NCBI GenBank assembly: GCA_964528825.1
Contig: CAZGVB010000001.1
Location: 14,044-78,043, forward strand
Reading direction: 5' to 3'
Length of the DNA stretch: 64,000 bases
From: an uncultured Parasporobacterium sp.
Lineage (GTDB): Bacteria; Bacillota; Clostridia; Lachnospirales; Lachnospiraceae
Shown: positions 47,799 through 58,047 of the stretch, in pieces
Position numbering within the stretch: position 1 is the stretch's first letter
Layout of the letters: each line of letters opens with the position of its first letter
Translations under genes and position numbers: made by a program
Notes under the pieces: model-generated
Database searches by the model: none
Seen by the model: the letters and a program-made list of their open reading frames with translations, nothing else
What the model was told of the DNA's origin: nothing

Positions 47799-49442
47799 AT
47801 GATAAGTGTTAACAACGTTACCTTGCGTGTAGGTAAAAAGGCATTGTTTGAAGATGTGAATATTAAATTTACAGAAGGCGAATGCTATGGCCTGATTGGC
47901 GCCAACGGCGCCGGAAAAAGTACTTTCCTTAAGATCTTATCCGGAAAATTAGAGCCCACTAACGGAGATGTAGTGATCACTAAAGGGCAAAGATTGTCCG
48001 TACTTGAACAGGACCATTTCAAGTATGATGAACAGGCAGTCCTTGATACTGTCATGCAAGGAAATGCCAGGCTATACGAAATAATAAAAGAAAAAGAGGC
48101 TCTGTATGCCAAGCCTGATTTCAGTGAGGAAGATGGCATTAAGGCCAGTGAACTGGAAATGGAATTTGCTGAAATGAACGGCTGGGAGGCGGAAAGTGAT
48201 GCCGCCAACCTGCTTAACGGTCTCGGCGTAGATACAGAATGTCACTACTCTCTCATGAAAGACCTTCCGGGACCATTGAAGGTAAAAGTACTCCTTGCAC
48301 GTGCCTTATTCGGCAATCCCGATATCCTGCTCCTTGATGAGCCAACCAACCACCTTGACCTTGATGCCATCGAATGGCTTGAAGAATTTCTTATAGATTT
48401 TAAAAATACGGTTATTGTCGTATCTCACGACAGATACTTCTTAAATAAAGTATGTACACAGATAGCCGATATTGATTATGGTAAGATCCAGCTATATGCC
48501 GGAAATTACGATTTTTGGGTTGAATCCAGCGCTCTTATCATCAAGCAGATGAAAGAGGCAAACAAAAAGAAAGAAGAAAAGATCAAGGAACTTCAGGAAT
48601 TTATCCAGAAATTCTCTGCAAACGCCTCAAAGGCCAAACAGGCTACCAGCAGAAAGCGTGCACTTGAAAAGATCGAATTGGACGAGATACGTCCCTCAAG
48701 CCGCAAGTATCCTTTTATTGATTTTAAGCCTGAACGTGTAATAGGCAATGAAGTTCTGCAAGTTGAAGGCCTTTGTAAAACGGTTGACGGGGTTAAGGTG
48801 CTTGACAATATATCATTCACCCTCGGACATGATGATAAGGTTGCATTCGTCGGCGGAAATGAGCTTGCCAAGACAACTCTTTTCAATATATTGATGGGCA
48901 TAGATGAGGCAGACAGCGGTTCATTTAAATGGGGCGTAACCACCTCACAAAGCTATTTTCCAAAAGATTATACTGCCGAATTTGACTCAGATGAAACAAT
49001 AGCAGAATGGCTGACACAATATTCAAAAATAAAAGATGCTACATATGTGCGAGGATTTTTGGGAAGAATGCTTTTTGCAGGTGAAGACGGTGTCAAGCAA
49101 TTACGCGTCCTCTCAGGCGGTGAAAAGGTCAGATGTCTTCTTTCCAAAATGATGATACTTGCCACAAATGTTTTGATACTTGACGAACCGACAAACCATC
49201 TTGATATGGAATCCATAACCGCACTCAATAATGCTCTTATCAAATTCCAGGGAGTTGTCTTATTTGCATGCCATGACCATCAATTTGTTCAAACAACCGC
49301 AAACAGGATAATGGAGATAGTCGACGGCAAACTTATCGACAAGATTACAACATATGATGAATATCTTGCATCTGACATAGCTGCAAGGAAACGTACTGTA
49401 TATACTGTTGCCGAAACTGATGACATTGAACCGGAAGAATAA
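47799..49442 (+). CDS. ABC-F family ATPase (YbiT-like)
   Basis: It has two ABC cassettes and no TM domain: GANGAGKST plus LLLDEPTNHLD, then a charged linker, then LSGGEKVRCLL plus LILDEPTNHLD. Confidence 0.88.
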   Translation: MISVNNVTLRVGKKALFEDVNIKFTEGECYGLIGANGAGKSTFLKILSGKLEPTNGDVVITKGQRLSVLEQDHFKYDEQAVLDTVMQGNARLYEIIKEKEALYAKPDFSEEDGIKASELEMEFAEMNGWEAESDAANLLNGLGVDTECHYSLMKDLPGPLKVKVLLARALFGNPDILLLDEPTNHLDLDAIEWLEEFLIDFKNTVIVVSHDRYFLNKVCTQIADIDYGKIQLYAGNYDFWVESSALIIKQMKEANKKKEEKIKELQEFIQKFSANASKAKQATSRKRALEKIELDEIRPSSRKYPFIDFKPERVIGNEVLQVEGLCKTVDGVKVLDNISFTLGHDDKVAFVGGNELAKTTLFNILMGIDEADSGSFKWGVTTSQSYFPKDYTAEFDSDETIAEWLTQYSKIKDATYVRGFLGRMLFAGEDGVKQLRVLSGGEKVRCLLSKMMILATNVLILDEPTNHLDMESITALNNALIKFQGVVLFACHDHQFVQTTANRIMEIVDGKLIDKITTYDEYLASDIAARKRTVYTVAETDDIEPEE

Positions 49443-50284
49443 TGGACTTTATAGACTTACATATACATACGACTGCATCTGACGGAAGCTTAAGTCCCAA
49501 GGAAGTCGTCCATAAAGCATTGGAAATCGGATTATATGCTATGGCGATAACCGACCATGATACAGTCTCGGCTGTCGCGCCTGCCATGCATGCCGCAGAG
49601 GGCTTGCCGCTGCATGTTATATCTGGAGTCGAGATATCATCACATTGGATGGGAAAAGAGATTCACATACTCGGATACAATTTTGATCATGAAAATGAAT
49701 TTCTGGTAGATACCCTTTCAGACTTGGCAATACTCAGATATGAACGAAACGAAAAAATGTGTGAGCTGCTCAGGCAAAACGGCATTGATATTACAATGCG
49801 TGAATTACAGGAAAAATCGCATTGCTCTGTCATCAATCGTGTTGTTATGGGTCGCCTTATGGTTGAAAAGGGATATGTGCAGGATATTCATGAAGCATTT
49901 TCAAAATATCTCGGAGGCAACTGCCCGTGTTACATTCCCAAGTTCACGATATCTGCCGAAGACGCATATAAGCTGATCACGTACGCTGGAGGCGTTTGCT
50001 CACTTGCACATCCCGTTCAATATAAGCTTACGGACGACGGGTATATTCAGCTTTTTAAATTTATTAAGGATATAGGCTTTAAATGTATTGAGGCATTTCA
50101 TTCAGATAACAAGCCCGGTGATACTGAAAGATTTTCATCCCTTGCATCTTCAGTCGGACTTGGCATAACCGGCGGATCAGATTTTCATGGTCTGTCCAAG
50201 CCTGATATATTTATAGGCACCGGGAAAGGAAACATAATGGTGCCGAAAAATCTTTTGAAAAATATTGGTATTATTGATTTTTGA
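49442..50284 (+). CDS. PHP-domain metal-dependent phosphoesterase (TrpH/YciV-like)
   Basis: DLHIHTTASDGS, AITDHD and GGSDFHG motifs are present. The ATG overlaps the stop of the ABC-F gene. Confidence 0.8.
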   Translation: MDFIDLHIHTTASDGSLSPKEVVHKALEIGLYAMAITDHDTVSAVAPAMHAAEGLPLHVISGVEISSHWMGKEIHILGYNFDHENEFLVDTLSDLAILRYERNEKMCELLRQNGIDITMRELQEKSHCSVINRVVMGRLMVEKGYVQDIHEAFSKYLGGNCPCYIPKFTISAEDAYKLITYAGGVCSLAHPVQYKLTDDGYIQLFKFIKDIGFKCIEAFHSDNKPGDTERFSSLASSVGLGITGGSDFHGLSKPDIFIGTGKGNIMVPKNLLKNIGIIDF

Positions 50285-50298
50285 GCGGAGCTTGATAA

Positions 50299-51171
50299 AT
50301 GTTAAATGTACCGGCACACGTTAAAATATATTTTCCTCAAGGGTCAGGCACTGTAAAAGGTGCCATTCAGATAATACACAGCTTCTTTGAGGATCGCAAA
50401 ACATATGACATGTTTGCAAAATATCTTTCTTCATGCGGATACGCTGTAATAATAAGCGATCTGAGAGGACATGGATCAAACACAAAAAGCTTCTCGGATA
50501 TTGGATATATAGGCGACAATGGAGCACAAAATCTGGTAAGTGATATTCATGATATCACAAAAATGATCACAGAAAGATTCCCTGATAAGCCGTATTTTAT
50601 TATCGGGCAAGGAATCGGAGCACTGATCGCAATATCATATTTAAAAAAATATGATTATTTTGCGGATGGATTCTTTTTAAGCGGCATACCTGCTAAAAGC
50701 CCTTCTCTTTCTATACGTTTAAAATCTTTTATTCTTCAATTGTTTAGAGGAGATTATTACAGATCCGAAAAAATACAAAAAAATCTGTTCGGACGTCAAT
50801 ATATTTCCGAAGATCAATATACGGAACAACACTATACCGGTCTTAAGCTCACAAATGAAAAAATGAATATATATACGCTAAACGCATGCAATACATATAT
50901 ATCACTTTTTGATCAGGCATACAGAGTCGGCAGCTGGATCAAAAAGCAGACTGATATCCCAATAAGGATAATATACGATCGATCAAGCTCAAGCATTAAA
51001 GACAAAAACAGAACCGATAAGGTAACAGACCTGCTCAGAGAGCAAGGCTATGACAACATTCAAGTTAAGCTTGTACAAAACGGATCGGATAATATACTCA
51101 CAGACCCATCATGCCAAAGTATCTGTAAATACATAGTTGAAGAAATGTCTCATGTGGAAAAAAGGATATGA
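50299..51171 (+). CDS. Alpha/beta-hydrolase-fold protein (lysophospholipase-like) with substituted nucleophile
   Basis: The fold pattern is SDLRGHGSN ... FIIGQGIGALIA. The nucleophile elbow reads GQGIG instead of GxSxG. Confidence 0.65.
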   Translation: MLNVPAHVKIYFPQGSGTVKGAIQIIHSFFEDRKTYDMFAKYLSSCGYAVIISDLRGHGSNTKSFSDIGYIGDNGAQNLVSDIHDITKMITERFPDKPYFIIGQGIGALIAISYLKKYDYFADGFFLSGIPAKSPSLSIRLKSFILQLFRGDYYRSEKIQKNLFGRQYISEDQYTEQHYTGLKLTNEKMNIYTLNACNTYISLFDQAYRVGSWIKKQTDIPIRIIYDRSSSSIKDKNRTDKVTDLLREQGYDNIQVKLVQNGSDNILTDPSCQSICKYIVEEMSHVEKRI

Positions 51172-51221
51172 TTCGTGTAAAAATATGCTTTTAAAATCAT
51201 ATAAACAAACTGCCCATAAAT

Positions 51222-53267
51222 TTAATCAAGCAGTCTGTATATATCATAAAGAATAATATTACTTGAAAGATTCACCTCGTTTTCGACCAATAAATTTATC
51301 TTTTCGATATACTCGTCATATTCACCGTCTGCGGCCATACTGCCGTCACTAAGCTTAAAGGTATCTTCTTGCATATCATAATATCCGATATCAGTAAGCC
51401 AGCTATAATCTGCAAATATTACAAGTGGGCATGTATCGTCCGCCAATGCATCACGTCCTGTAAGCATTCTCGAATCGAAATCAACACCGAACAGATTGGA
51501 CAGCGTCGGCAGTATATCCACACTGCTTACGGGTTCTTCAACTGTTATCTTTTCTGACGAATCCTCTAATTCATTGCTCCAAATATATAGTGCATTAAAA
51601 TTTTGTTCTGCCTGGTCCTCGGGTTTATATCCAAAAAGCTCTTCGATCTTATCACCGATAGCATATCTTGTCTTATTGCCGTCCTCATCATATTGTTCTT
51701 TATCAGAAAGGGCATATGGATAATGATCGCCTGTAAGCACTATCACGGTATCATCAAGTGTCCCTGCCTCTTCTAATTGTTCAAATAGATACTCTAACGC
51801 CTTTTCAAGCTCCAGATTGCATGCATAGTAACAAAGCACCGCTTTGGAATAGTTGTAACCATTCTTCTTAGCCCACTTGCAGACCTCGTCGTAATTTTTT
51901 TCGACTACCCAGTTTGTTGTAACATATGAGGAATGCCCGCTCACTGTCATTATATATTCGCAAAAGGGTTCATTATCTTTTGATATGAATTCCGGAGCTA
52001 TAAATTGCATCATTTCAAGATCGCTCTGCGGCCACCCGTCTTTACCGCCGCTAAGCCCGGTCATGCCGTAATTATTTGCATAATACTCATCATAGCCAAA
52101 ATTTTTATGCGTTATGTGCCTGTTGTAATAATTGTATGTTCCGTTATGAAAAGCAACCGTATTATATCCTTTTTCTTTCAATTGATTTGCAATGGTAAAT
52201 CTCATATCATTGCCTATAGTATCTTTCATGCAATAGTATCCGTCGTAAGGCACCAGACCGCTTATGATCTGGAATTCTCCGGTAGTCGTGGAACCGCTCC
52301 ATAATGGCTGATAATATTTTTCAAAAACAATACTGTTTTCTTTTAATCTGTATAGAGCCGGCGTAAGCTCCTCGTCAACTATATACGGCACAAAAGATTC
52401 TGCTGTTATCTGTATAAGATTTTTTCCCTCAAATATACCCGTATATTTATTTTTTTTGCTTGGCACAAGTTGGCTGATATATTCAATAGTTTCTTTAACC
52501 GTTTTGTCGGATGTGAGAGAAAACATTTCATCAAAGTCTATATTTAAGACATTATATTCATCTTCTGAATAATCACTCGTGTTGGCAGCATCTTGTGCAT
52601 AAACATTAAGTGACCCCTTCCAGGGGTTTCCGAAAATAGTATAAATGGTATCTGATTTTATAGCGGTAAGCGAGGAATAATTCTTGACTATGTTATCAAA
52701 TCTGAACTTTTCAGTCACCGCCTCACGTGATTTTTTGGGAACGAACAACATTGCAACTGCACATATCTCGATTAAAGCGGCAAGTATAATACATTTAAGC
52801 AATCCTCTAACCTTTATCTCTTGAAATGTGATAACATCCAGTATTCGCAAAATCACAAGAACAATGATAGGAATATGGAAGATCAGAATGATATGCCAAT
52901 ATCCCGTAATGATCCCTAATATTTCGCTGCCGGCTTCGGAAAAAATACCGCCCAAGCCGCCTAAAATTGTCTTTATTTCTATATATTGCGTATATGTCTT
53001 TTTCAAAAAGTATTCAACACATATATGAAATATTATCAATTCCGCAGATGCAAATGCTATAAATGTATTCAACGCCTTGAACCTGCTTATTGAACTTATA
53101 AAAAATATAAATAAACCGGCTGCTGAACACGAAAATACAGTTATTGCCAGGCTGTATATAGTGTAAGCGCTTTTAACAGACAATACATGCATCATTACAT
53201 CCGCATATATTATGGAGGCCTGCAAAAGAAAAGCAGTGATTAAATCTTTAACGGAAATATATTTCAT
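51222..53267 (-). CDS. LTA synthase / sulfatase-family membrane protein
   Basis: It has an N-terminal multi-TM region and an extracytoplasmic alkaline-phosphatase-superfamily domain (TAESFVP..., VSGHSSY, LTGDHYPY). Confidence 0.7.
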   Translation of the reverse strand: MKYISVKDLITAFLLQASIIYADVMMHVLSVKSAYTIYSLAITVFSCSAAGLFIFFISSISRFKALNTFIAFASAELIIFHICVEYFLKKTYTQYIEIKTILGGLGGIFSEAGSEILGIITGYWHIILIFHIPIIVLVILRILDVITFQEIKVRGLLKCIILAALIEICAVAMLFVPKKSREAVTEKFRFDNIVKNYSSLTAIKSDTIYTIFGNPWKGSLNVYAQDAANTSDYSEDEYNVLNIDFDEMFSLTSDKTVKETIEYISQLVPSKKNKYTGIFEGKNLIQITAESFVPYIVDEELTPALYRLKENSIVFEKYYQPLWSGSTTTGEFQIISGLVPYDGYYCMKDTIGNDMRFTIANQLKEKGYNTVAFHNGTYNYYNRHITHKNFGYDEYYANNYGMTGLSGGKDGWPQSDLEMMQFIAPEFISKDNEPFCEYIMTVSGHSSYVTTNWVVEKNYDEVCKWAKKNGYNYSKAVLCYYACNLELEKALEYLFEQLEEAGTLDDTVIVLTGDHYPYALSDKEQYDEDGNKTRYAIGDKIEELFGYKPEDQAEQNFNALYIWSNELEDSSEKITVEEPVSSVDILPTLSNLFGVDFDSRMLTGRDALADDTCPLVIFADYSWLTDIGYYDMQEDTFKLSDGSMAADGEYDEYIEKINLLVENEVNLSSNIILYDIYRLLD

Positions 53268-53331
53268 TAATTAACGATCCTCGCAAATATACTCATTATC
53301 ATAGCCTGGCTATTCGTTCACAAGAAAAATA

Positions 53332-53360
53332 TTGTTTCATTCAAAACATTGTGCTATAAT
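53332..53360 (+). promoter_or_regulatory. Putative extended -10 sigma-A promoter upstream of the LysR gene
   Basis: TTGTTT (53332-53337), a 17-nt spacer ending in TGC, then TATAAT (53355-53360). Confidence 0.45.
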
Positions 53361-53519
53361 CTTCAATCGGTGGCTGTCGGAAATAGCTGCGGCATACCAA
53401 GTATAAATATAAATGGCATAATCTTAACAGGTCACAGATCAGAAAAATTACAAACTTAAGAGATTATAAACCTAAAAGATTATATAACCAAGAATATATT
53501 ATTTCAAAAGGACAAATAA

Positions 53520-54473
53520 ATGAATTTTCAAAATCTGGAATATTTTCAAACAGTCGCCAGGGAAAATAATATCACAAAAGCTGCCGAACAGCTTGGAATA
53601 ACACAGCAGGCATTATCAAATCAAATTTCGAGAATGGAAGAGGAACTTGGCTGCAGATTATTCAACCGAAAACACGGCTTTCAGCTTACAACGGCCGGCA
53701 AAGAGATGCTGAAATCTGCAAATAAAATATTGGATATATACAACCAGACGCAGCTTATCATGAACGATATCGCAGATAATGTCCGCGGGGAATTAAAAAT
53801 AGGTATCACTCACACCAGAGGGCAGATGATCCTTCCAAGTATCCTGCCTGAATTCATAAAAAAATATCCCAATGTCTCCTTGTTCTTAACCGAAGGATCG
53901 ACCAGATTGTTGGAAGAATCCTTAAATAGGGGTGATATTGATGTATTGATAGGATTCACACCATTTGTCTCTGTTGAGGCAATAACGACCGATCTGATCC
54001 ATGAAAATCTTTATATTGCAGCACCCAAAGAGCTTCTCAAGGACAAATTCGAAGATAACTATGATGAGATTCTTGACAAGTATAAAAAGAAACCTGATCT
54101 GAATATTTTCAAGGATCTTCCATTTGTATTGCTTCAAAAGAACGATCGCATCAGGGTAACTGTAGATGCGGAATTCAAATATGCCGGCATCGAGCCCTTT
54201 GTACGGCTTGAAACACAAAATGTACAGACTGCTTTTGCTCTTGCAGCCGAGGGTGCGGGATTAACTGTTGTTCCCGGGCCATATCTTGACTCCCCATATA
54301 TCGTCTGCGGCAAAAAGTATAACTACCTTCGTGACAAGGTTGAAATATTGCCCTTTACATCTCCGGGCAGCACCATAGCTATAGGTTATAACTCTGCAAG
54401 ATACCAGAGTAAGATCGCAAAGGATTTCATTGATCTTGCCGTAAAAACATTTGCATCAGGACAGCAGGTTTAA
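53520..54473 (+). CDS. LysR-family transcriptional regulator
   Basis: It has the N-terminal HTH MNFQNLEYFQTVARENNITKAAEQLGITQQALSNQISRMEEELG and a C-terminal substrate-binding domain. Confidence 0.88.
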   Translation: MNFQNLEYFQTVARENNITKAAEQLGITQQALSNQISRMEEELGCRLFNRKHGFQLTTAGKEMLKSANKILDIYNQTQLIMNDIADNVRGELKIGITHTRGQMILPSILPEFIKKYPNVSLFLTEGSTRLLEESLNRGDIDVLIGFTPFVSVEAITTDLIHENLYIAAPKELLKDKFEDNYDEILDKYKKKPDLNIFKDLPFVLLQKNDRIRVTVDAEFKYAGIEPFVRLETQNVQTAFALAAEGAGLTVVPGPYLDSPYIVCGKKYNYLRDKVEILPFTSPGSTIAIGYNSARYQSKIAKDFIDLAVKTFASGQQV

Positions 54474-54477
54474 TTGC

Positions 54478-55332
54478 TTATTCTATTTCAAGAAAATTTT
54501 TTAAAGCATCAAGCCGCTCTGTCATCTTATCTACACCATGCAGATAAAAATTATTTATCTTTGTGGTGTCATTATCGAATTTTTTTACGCCCTTTATTGA
54601 GGGACGAATTATAAATACTGTTCCCTTTTTTTCCTGCTCTTCGATATATTCAAGTTCTTTGTTATATTCTTCCATCCTATGCATCAATACATGCTCCATA
54701 CGAGGATAATCTTCATGGAAATTAATGCGCGCGAGCAATGGAAATTTTGAATAATCCGTTGCCTTACTTCCGTCGCTTTTCGTAAGGACAACCACTACCC
54801 TATCACAATTTTTTTCATTTAATGCACGTTTTACCGGTATAGCATCCGTTACGCTGCCGTCAACATATGGAATATTGTTGATCATGACCGGCTTTGTGAT
54901 TATGGGAACCGAGCAGCTCGCCTTCCCGATTTCTATAAGCTTTCTGATGGATTTACGTTCATAAAGATAATCGGCGCATCCGGTAATACAATTAGAGCAG
55001 ACGATCTCAACATCCATTTTTGTATTAAGCATAGCCTCGGCAACACCGTTGTCATCGATTGTCATAAGATCTTTAGCCATATCGTCAATATTCAGGAAGT
55101 AGCCGCTTTTAATAAATTGCTTTATTCCGAAGGACTTATTTTTTTTCATAAGTGAGATAAAGCTTCTTGATACATCGTCACGTTTGCTTATGTAATCGAC
55201 CAGATTTCCGGCACCGGCAGAAACACCGGCTACATAATCAAATTCAATATTATTGGCATTTAAAACACTGATAACACCTGTAGTGAAGATACCCCTGTAT
55301 GCTCCGCCTTCAAGTATAAGTCCTGTCTTCAT
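54478..55332 (-). CDS. Patatin-like phospholipase
   Basis: It has the oxyanion motif GGAYRG, the nucleophile elbow GVSAGA and the catalytic Asp motif VDGSVTD. Confidence 0.8.
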   Translation of the reverse strand: MKTGLILEGGAYRGIFTTGVISVLNANNIEFDYVAGVSAGAGNLVDYISKRDDVSRSFISLMKKNKSFGIKQFIKSGYFLNIDDMAKDLMTIDDNGVAEAMLNTKMDVEIVCSNCITGCADYLYERKSIRKLIEIGKASCSVPIITKPVMINNIPYVDGSVTDAIPVKRALNEKNCDRVVVVLTKSDGSKATDYSKFPLLARINFHEDYPRMEHVLMHRMEEYNKELEYIEEQEKKGTVFIIRPSIKGVKKFDNDTTKINNFYLHGVDKMTERLDALKNFLEIE

Positions 55333-56024
55333 CTGTACTTTTCATCCTTTTCAAGCTGTTCCCGCATTGTTTTAATTATCTCTCTGAATTCCTCAGCATA
55401 GGCTTGCATATCCGACGATTGAAGTGAAAATTTATTCTTGTCAAATGCTATGGGCTTACCTATAAGTATCCGTTTGCGTTCACCGAAAAACCATTTGTAT
55501 TTTCCGACCGTTGCAACAGGGATGATCGGTATATTGTTTGACATGGATGCAAGCAAAAGAAATCCGGGTTTAAAGACATCCATAGGTCCCTGCTTGGTCA
55601 CATGTCCTTCCGGAAAAATATTGATGCTCTTACCTTCTTTAAGCAGTTTTCTGCATTTATGCAGCCACTCAGTACCGGGATTATTACGATTTACAGGAAT
55701 TGTTTTTTCATAAAAAAGCAAAGCTCTGGCCCATTTCTTGTTATACCATTTTTCGGTTATAAGTGAATAGACATCGGCTTTTTTTAAGACTGCCCGCATA
55801 AGTATGCCGTCAAGAAGCGACATATGGTTCGTTATATAAATACCTTGGGGTGGGTTATCCTTTTGGGATCCATCCTCATAATAAACCTTATATCTGAAAG
55901 CAATATGGAGTATGAAAATATAAAGATTTGTAAGTATTGAATTTTTTATCTTCTTTATCATTTGCAAAATATTGGTATTTATATAAGTCGTCTGTATGTC
56001 AATATACGCACTTTTTGTATCCAT
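55329..56024 (-). CDS. plsC: 1-acyl-sn-glycerol-3-phosphate (lysophospholipid) acyltransferase
   Basis: The HX4D motif NHMSLLDG and the FPEG motif (IFPEGHV) are present. The stop overlaps the patatin start (ATGA). Confidence 0.8.
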   Translation of the reverse strand: MDTKSAYIDIQTTYINTNILQMIKKIKNSILTNLYIFILHIAFRYKVYYEDGSQKDNPPQGIYITNHMSLLDGILMRAVLKKADVYSLITEKWYNKKWARALLFYEKTIPVNRNNPGTEWLHKCRKLLKEGKSINIFPEGHVTKQGPMDVFKPGFLLLASMSNNIPIIPVATVGKYKWFFGERKRILIGKPIAFDKNKFSLQSSDMQAYAEEFREIIKTMREQLEKDEKYR

Positions 56025-56065
56025 ATTGATCTGAGATCATCGGATATTTTGCCATGCCTGCGAGA

Positions 56066-56659
56066 TTATTTTAACGAAAAAGAGTTTTTATTTTTATAAA
56101 AATAATCGATCATTGATATGACAGTCAGCAAAAGAGCTATATACATAACGATATTTGCGATAATCGTATATATCGAAGGTATGACCCCCGGCCAACCATA
56201 TTTTTCAGCTAAAAGATCAATATTAAATGACATCATTGAACACATGATCATCTGAAATACCGTCTTGCTCTTTCCTAATTTGCTGGCTGCAAGGACGATC
56301 CCTTTGCCCGCAACAACAAGCCTGAATCCGGATATGGCAAATTCACGTGCCAAGATAATGATGCATACCCAGAAAGGCAACCTGTCTAATGAAACAAAGC
56401 ATACCATGGCAGATACGACCAAGATCTTATCTGCAAGCGGGTCCGCAAATTTCCCGAAATCAGTTATCAATCCGTATTTGCGGGCTATCATTCCATCTAA
56501 CATATCCGTAAATGATGCAAGCAGAAAAAGAATTAGCGCAATGTGACTGAAAAATATCATATCTGATTTTTCATATATGATCGAATCCATCATCAAGAAA
56601 AAAATATAGAATGGAACAAATATCAGTCTTAATATCGTAAGTTTATTCGGTAAATTCAT
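56066..56659 (-). CDS. pgsA: CDP-diacylglycerol--glycerol-3-phosphate 3-phosphatidyltransferase
   Basis: It has the CDP-alcohol phosphotransferase motif DMLDGMIARKYGLITDFGKFADPLADK. The N-terminus NLPNKLTILRL is typical. I chose the start at the second Met. Confidence 0.88.
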   Translation of the reverse strand: MNLPNKLTILRLIFVPFYIFFLMMDSIIYEKSDMIFFSHIALILFLLASFTDMLDGMIARKYGLITDFGKFADPLADKILVVSAMVCFVSLDRLPFWVCIIILAREFAISGFRLVVAGKGIVLAASKLGKSKTVFQMIMCSMMSFNIDLLAEKYGWPGVIPSIYTIIANIVMYIALLLTVISMIDYFYKNKNSFSLK

Positions 56660-56745
56660 GATAAACCTCAAGTATTAAATAATACGGCTATAGATGAAAA
56701 TGCCTTCCATAAAAGGCGGTCGTGCAATATGCAAAGCTCAGATGG

Positions 56746-58047
56746 TTATTCTATTATCTCACCGTAAAGATCGTAATCACTGGCATCAGTACATTTTGCT
56801 GTGATGATGTCTCCCGTCATAAGCTCTCTGCCCGATGCAATATAAAAGAATCCGTCAATATCCGGTGCGTCCATATATGTCCTGCCTACATATATATCGT
56901 CCTCGGGAAGATATCCTTCAACCATTATGTCAAAGACTTTTCCTATCTTCTCCTTAAGCTTTTCGTGCGATATAACATTTTGTACCTTCATGATATCGTC
57001 ATATCGCCTGTCTTTAACGCGTTCGGACACCTGATTTGAAAATGCAGCTGCAGGAGTGCCATCCTCTCTTGAATATTTAAAAACGCCTAAATGATCAAAT
57101 CTGATCTTTTTAATAAAATCAATTACATCATCATGATCCTTGCAAGTCTCACCCGGAAAACCTGTTATCAAAGTCGTTCTTAATGTAATATCCGGTATTA
57201 TCGTCCTTATTAATTCAATCTTTTTTTCAAGTTCGGCCCGGGATGTCCTTCTGCCCATCCTCTTAAGGATCTTATCTGAAGAATGCTGCACCGGAATATC
57301 CAGATAATGAACTATCTTCTTTTCTTCACTTATCGTTCTAAGAAGTTTCTCATCTACATCCTCGGGATATGCATACATAAGCCTGATCCAATTAATGCCT
57401 TCTATTTTGCATAGCTCATGCAGCAGCGATGGCAATCTGTTTTCATGATACAGATCAGTACCATACAAAGTCGTCTCCTGAGCGACCAATATAAGTTCTT
57501 TGACACCTGCTGCTGCCATATTTTCAGCGTCTTTTAAAACTTCTTCATATGCAATACTCTTGTAATGCCCTCTGATATTCGGTATGGCGCAATATGTGCA
57601 TCTCTTGTCACAGCCATCTGCGATCTTTATATATTCGAAATGACCGGGTGTTGTTATGATCCTTTTATAATCAGGTATTTTGTTTTTTTCATCTGTGACA
57701 TGATCCGGATCTGAGGCCTTTATAACATCGGCAAGCTCATTGATTCCAACAATAGCATCAACCTCGGGAAGCTCTTTTAAGATCTCAGTCTTGTATCTTT
57801 CGGCCATGCAGCCGGTCACAACAAGACGCTTGCAGACGCCGTCGTCCTTCATTTTTGCCATTTCAAGAATTGCGTCTATTGATTCTTCTTTGGCAGAATC
57901 AATAAAGCAGCAAGTATTAATGACTATAACATCCGCCTCATGCTCATCATCACAAAAAGAAAACCCGGATGCACCGAGCATACCGAGCATTTTCTCGGAA
58001 TCAACTCTGTTTTTATCGCATCCTAATGAGAGGAAAAAAACTTTCAT
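56746..58047 (-). CDS. rimO: Ribosomal protein S12 methylthiotransferase RimO
   Basis: It has the MTTase N-domain (LGCDKN), the radical-SAM CxxxCxxC motif (CDKRCTYCAIP) and a C-terminal TRAM domain. Confidence 0.92.
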   Translation of the reverse strand: MKVFFLSLGCDKNRVDSEKMLGMLGASGFSFCDDEHEADVIVINTCCFIDSAKEESIDAILEMAKMKDDGVCKRLVVTGCMAERYKTEILKELPEVDAIVGINELADVIKASDPDHVTDEKNKIPDYKRIITTPGHFEYIKIADGCDKRCTYCAIPNIRGHYKSIAYEEVLKDAENMAAAGVKELILVAQETTLYGTDLYHENRLPSLLHELCKIEGINWIRLMYAYPEDVDEKLLRTISEEKKIVHYLDIPVQHSSDKILKRMGRRTSRAELEKKIELIRTIIPDITLRTTLITGFPGETCKDHDDVIDFIKKIRFDHLGVFKYSREDGTPAAAFSNQVSERVKDRRYDDIMKVQNVISHEKLKEKIGKVFDIMVEGYLPEDDIYVGRTYMDAPDIDGFFYIASGRELMTGDIITAKCTDASDYDLYGEIIE

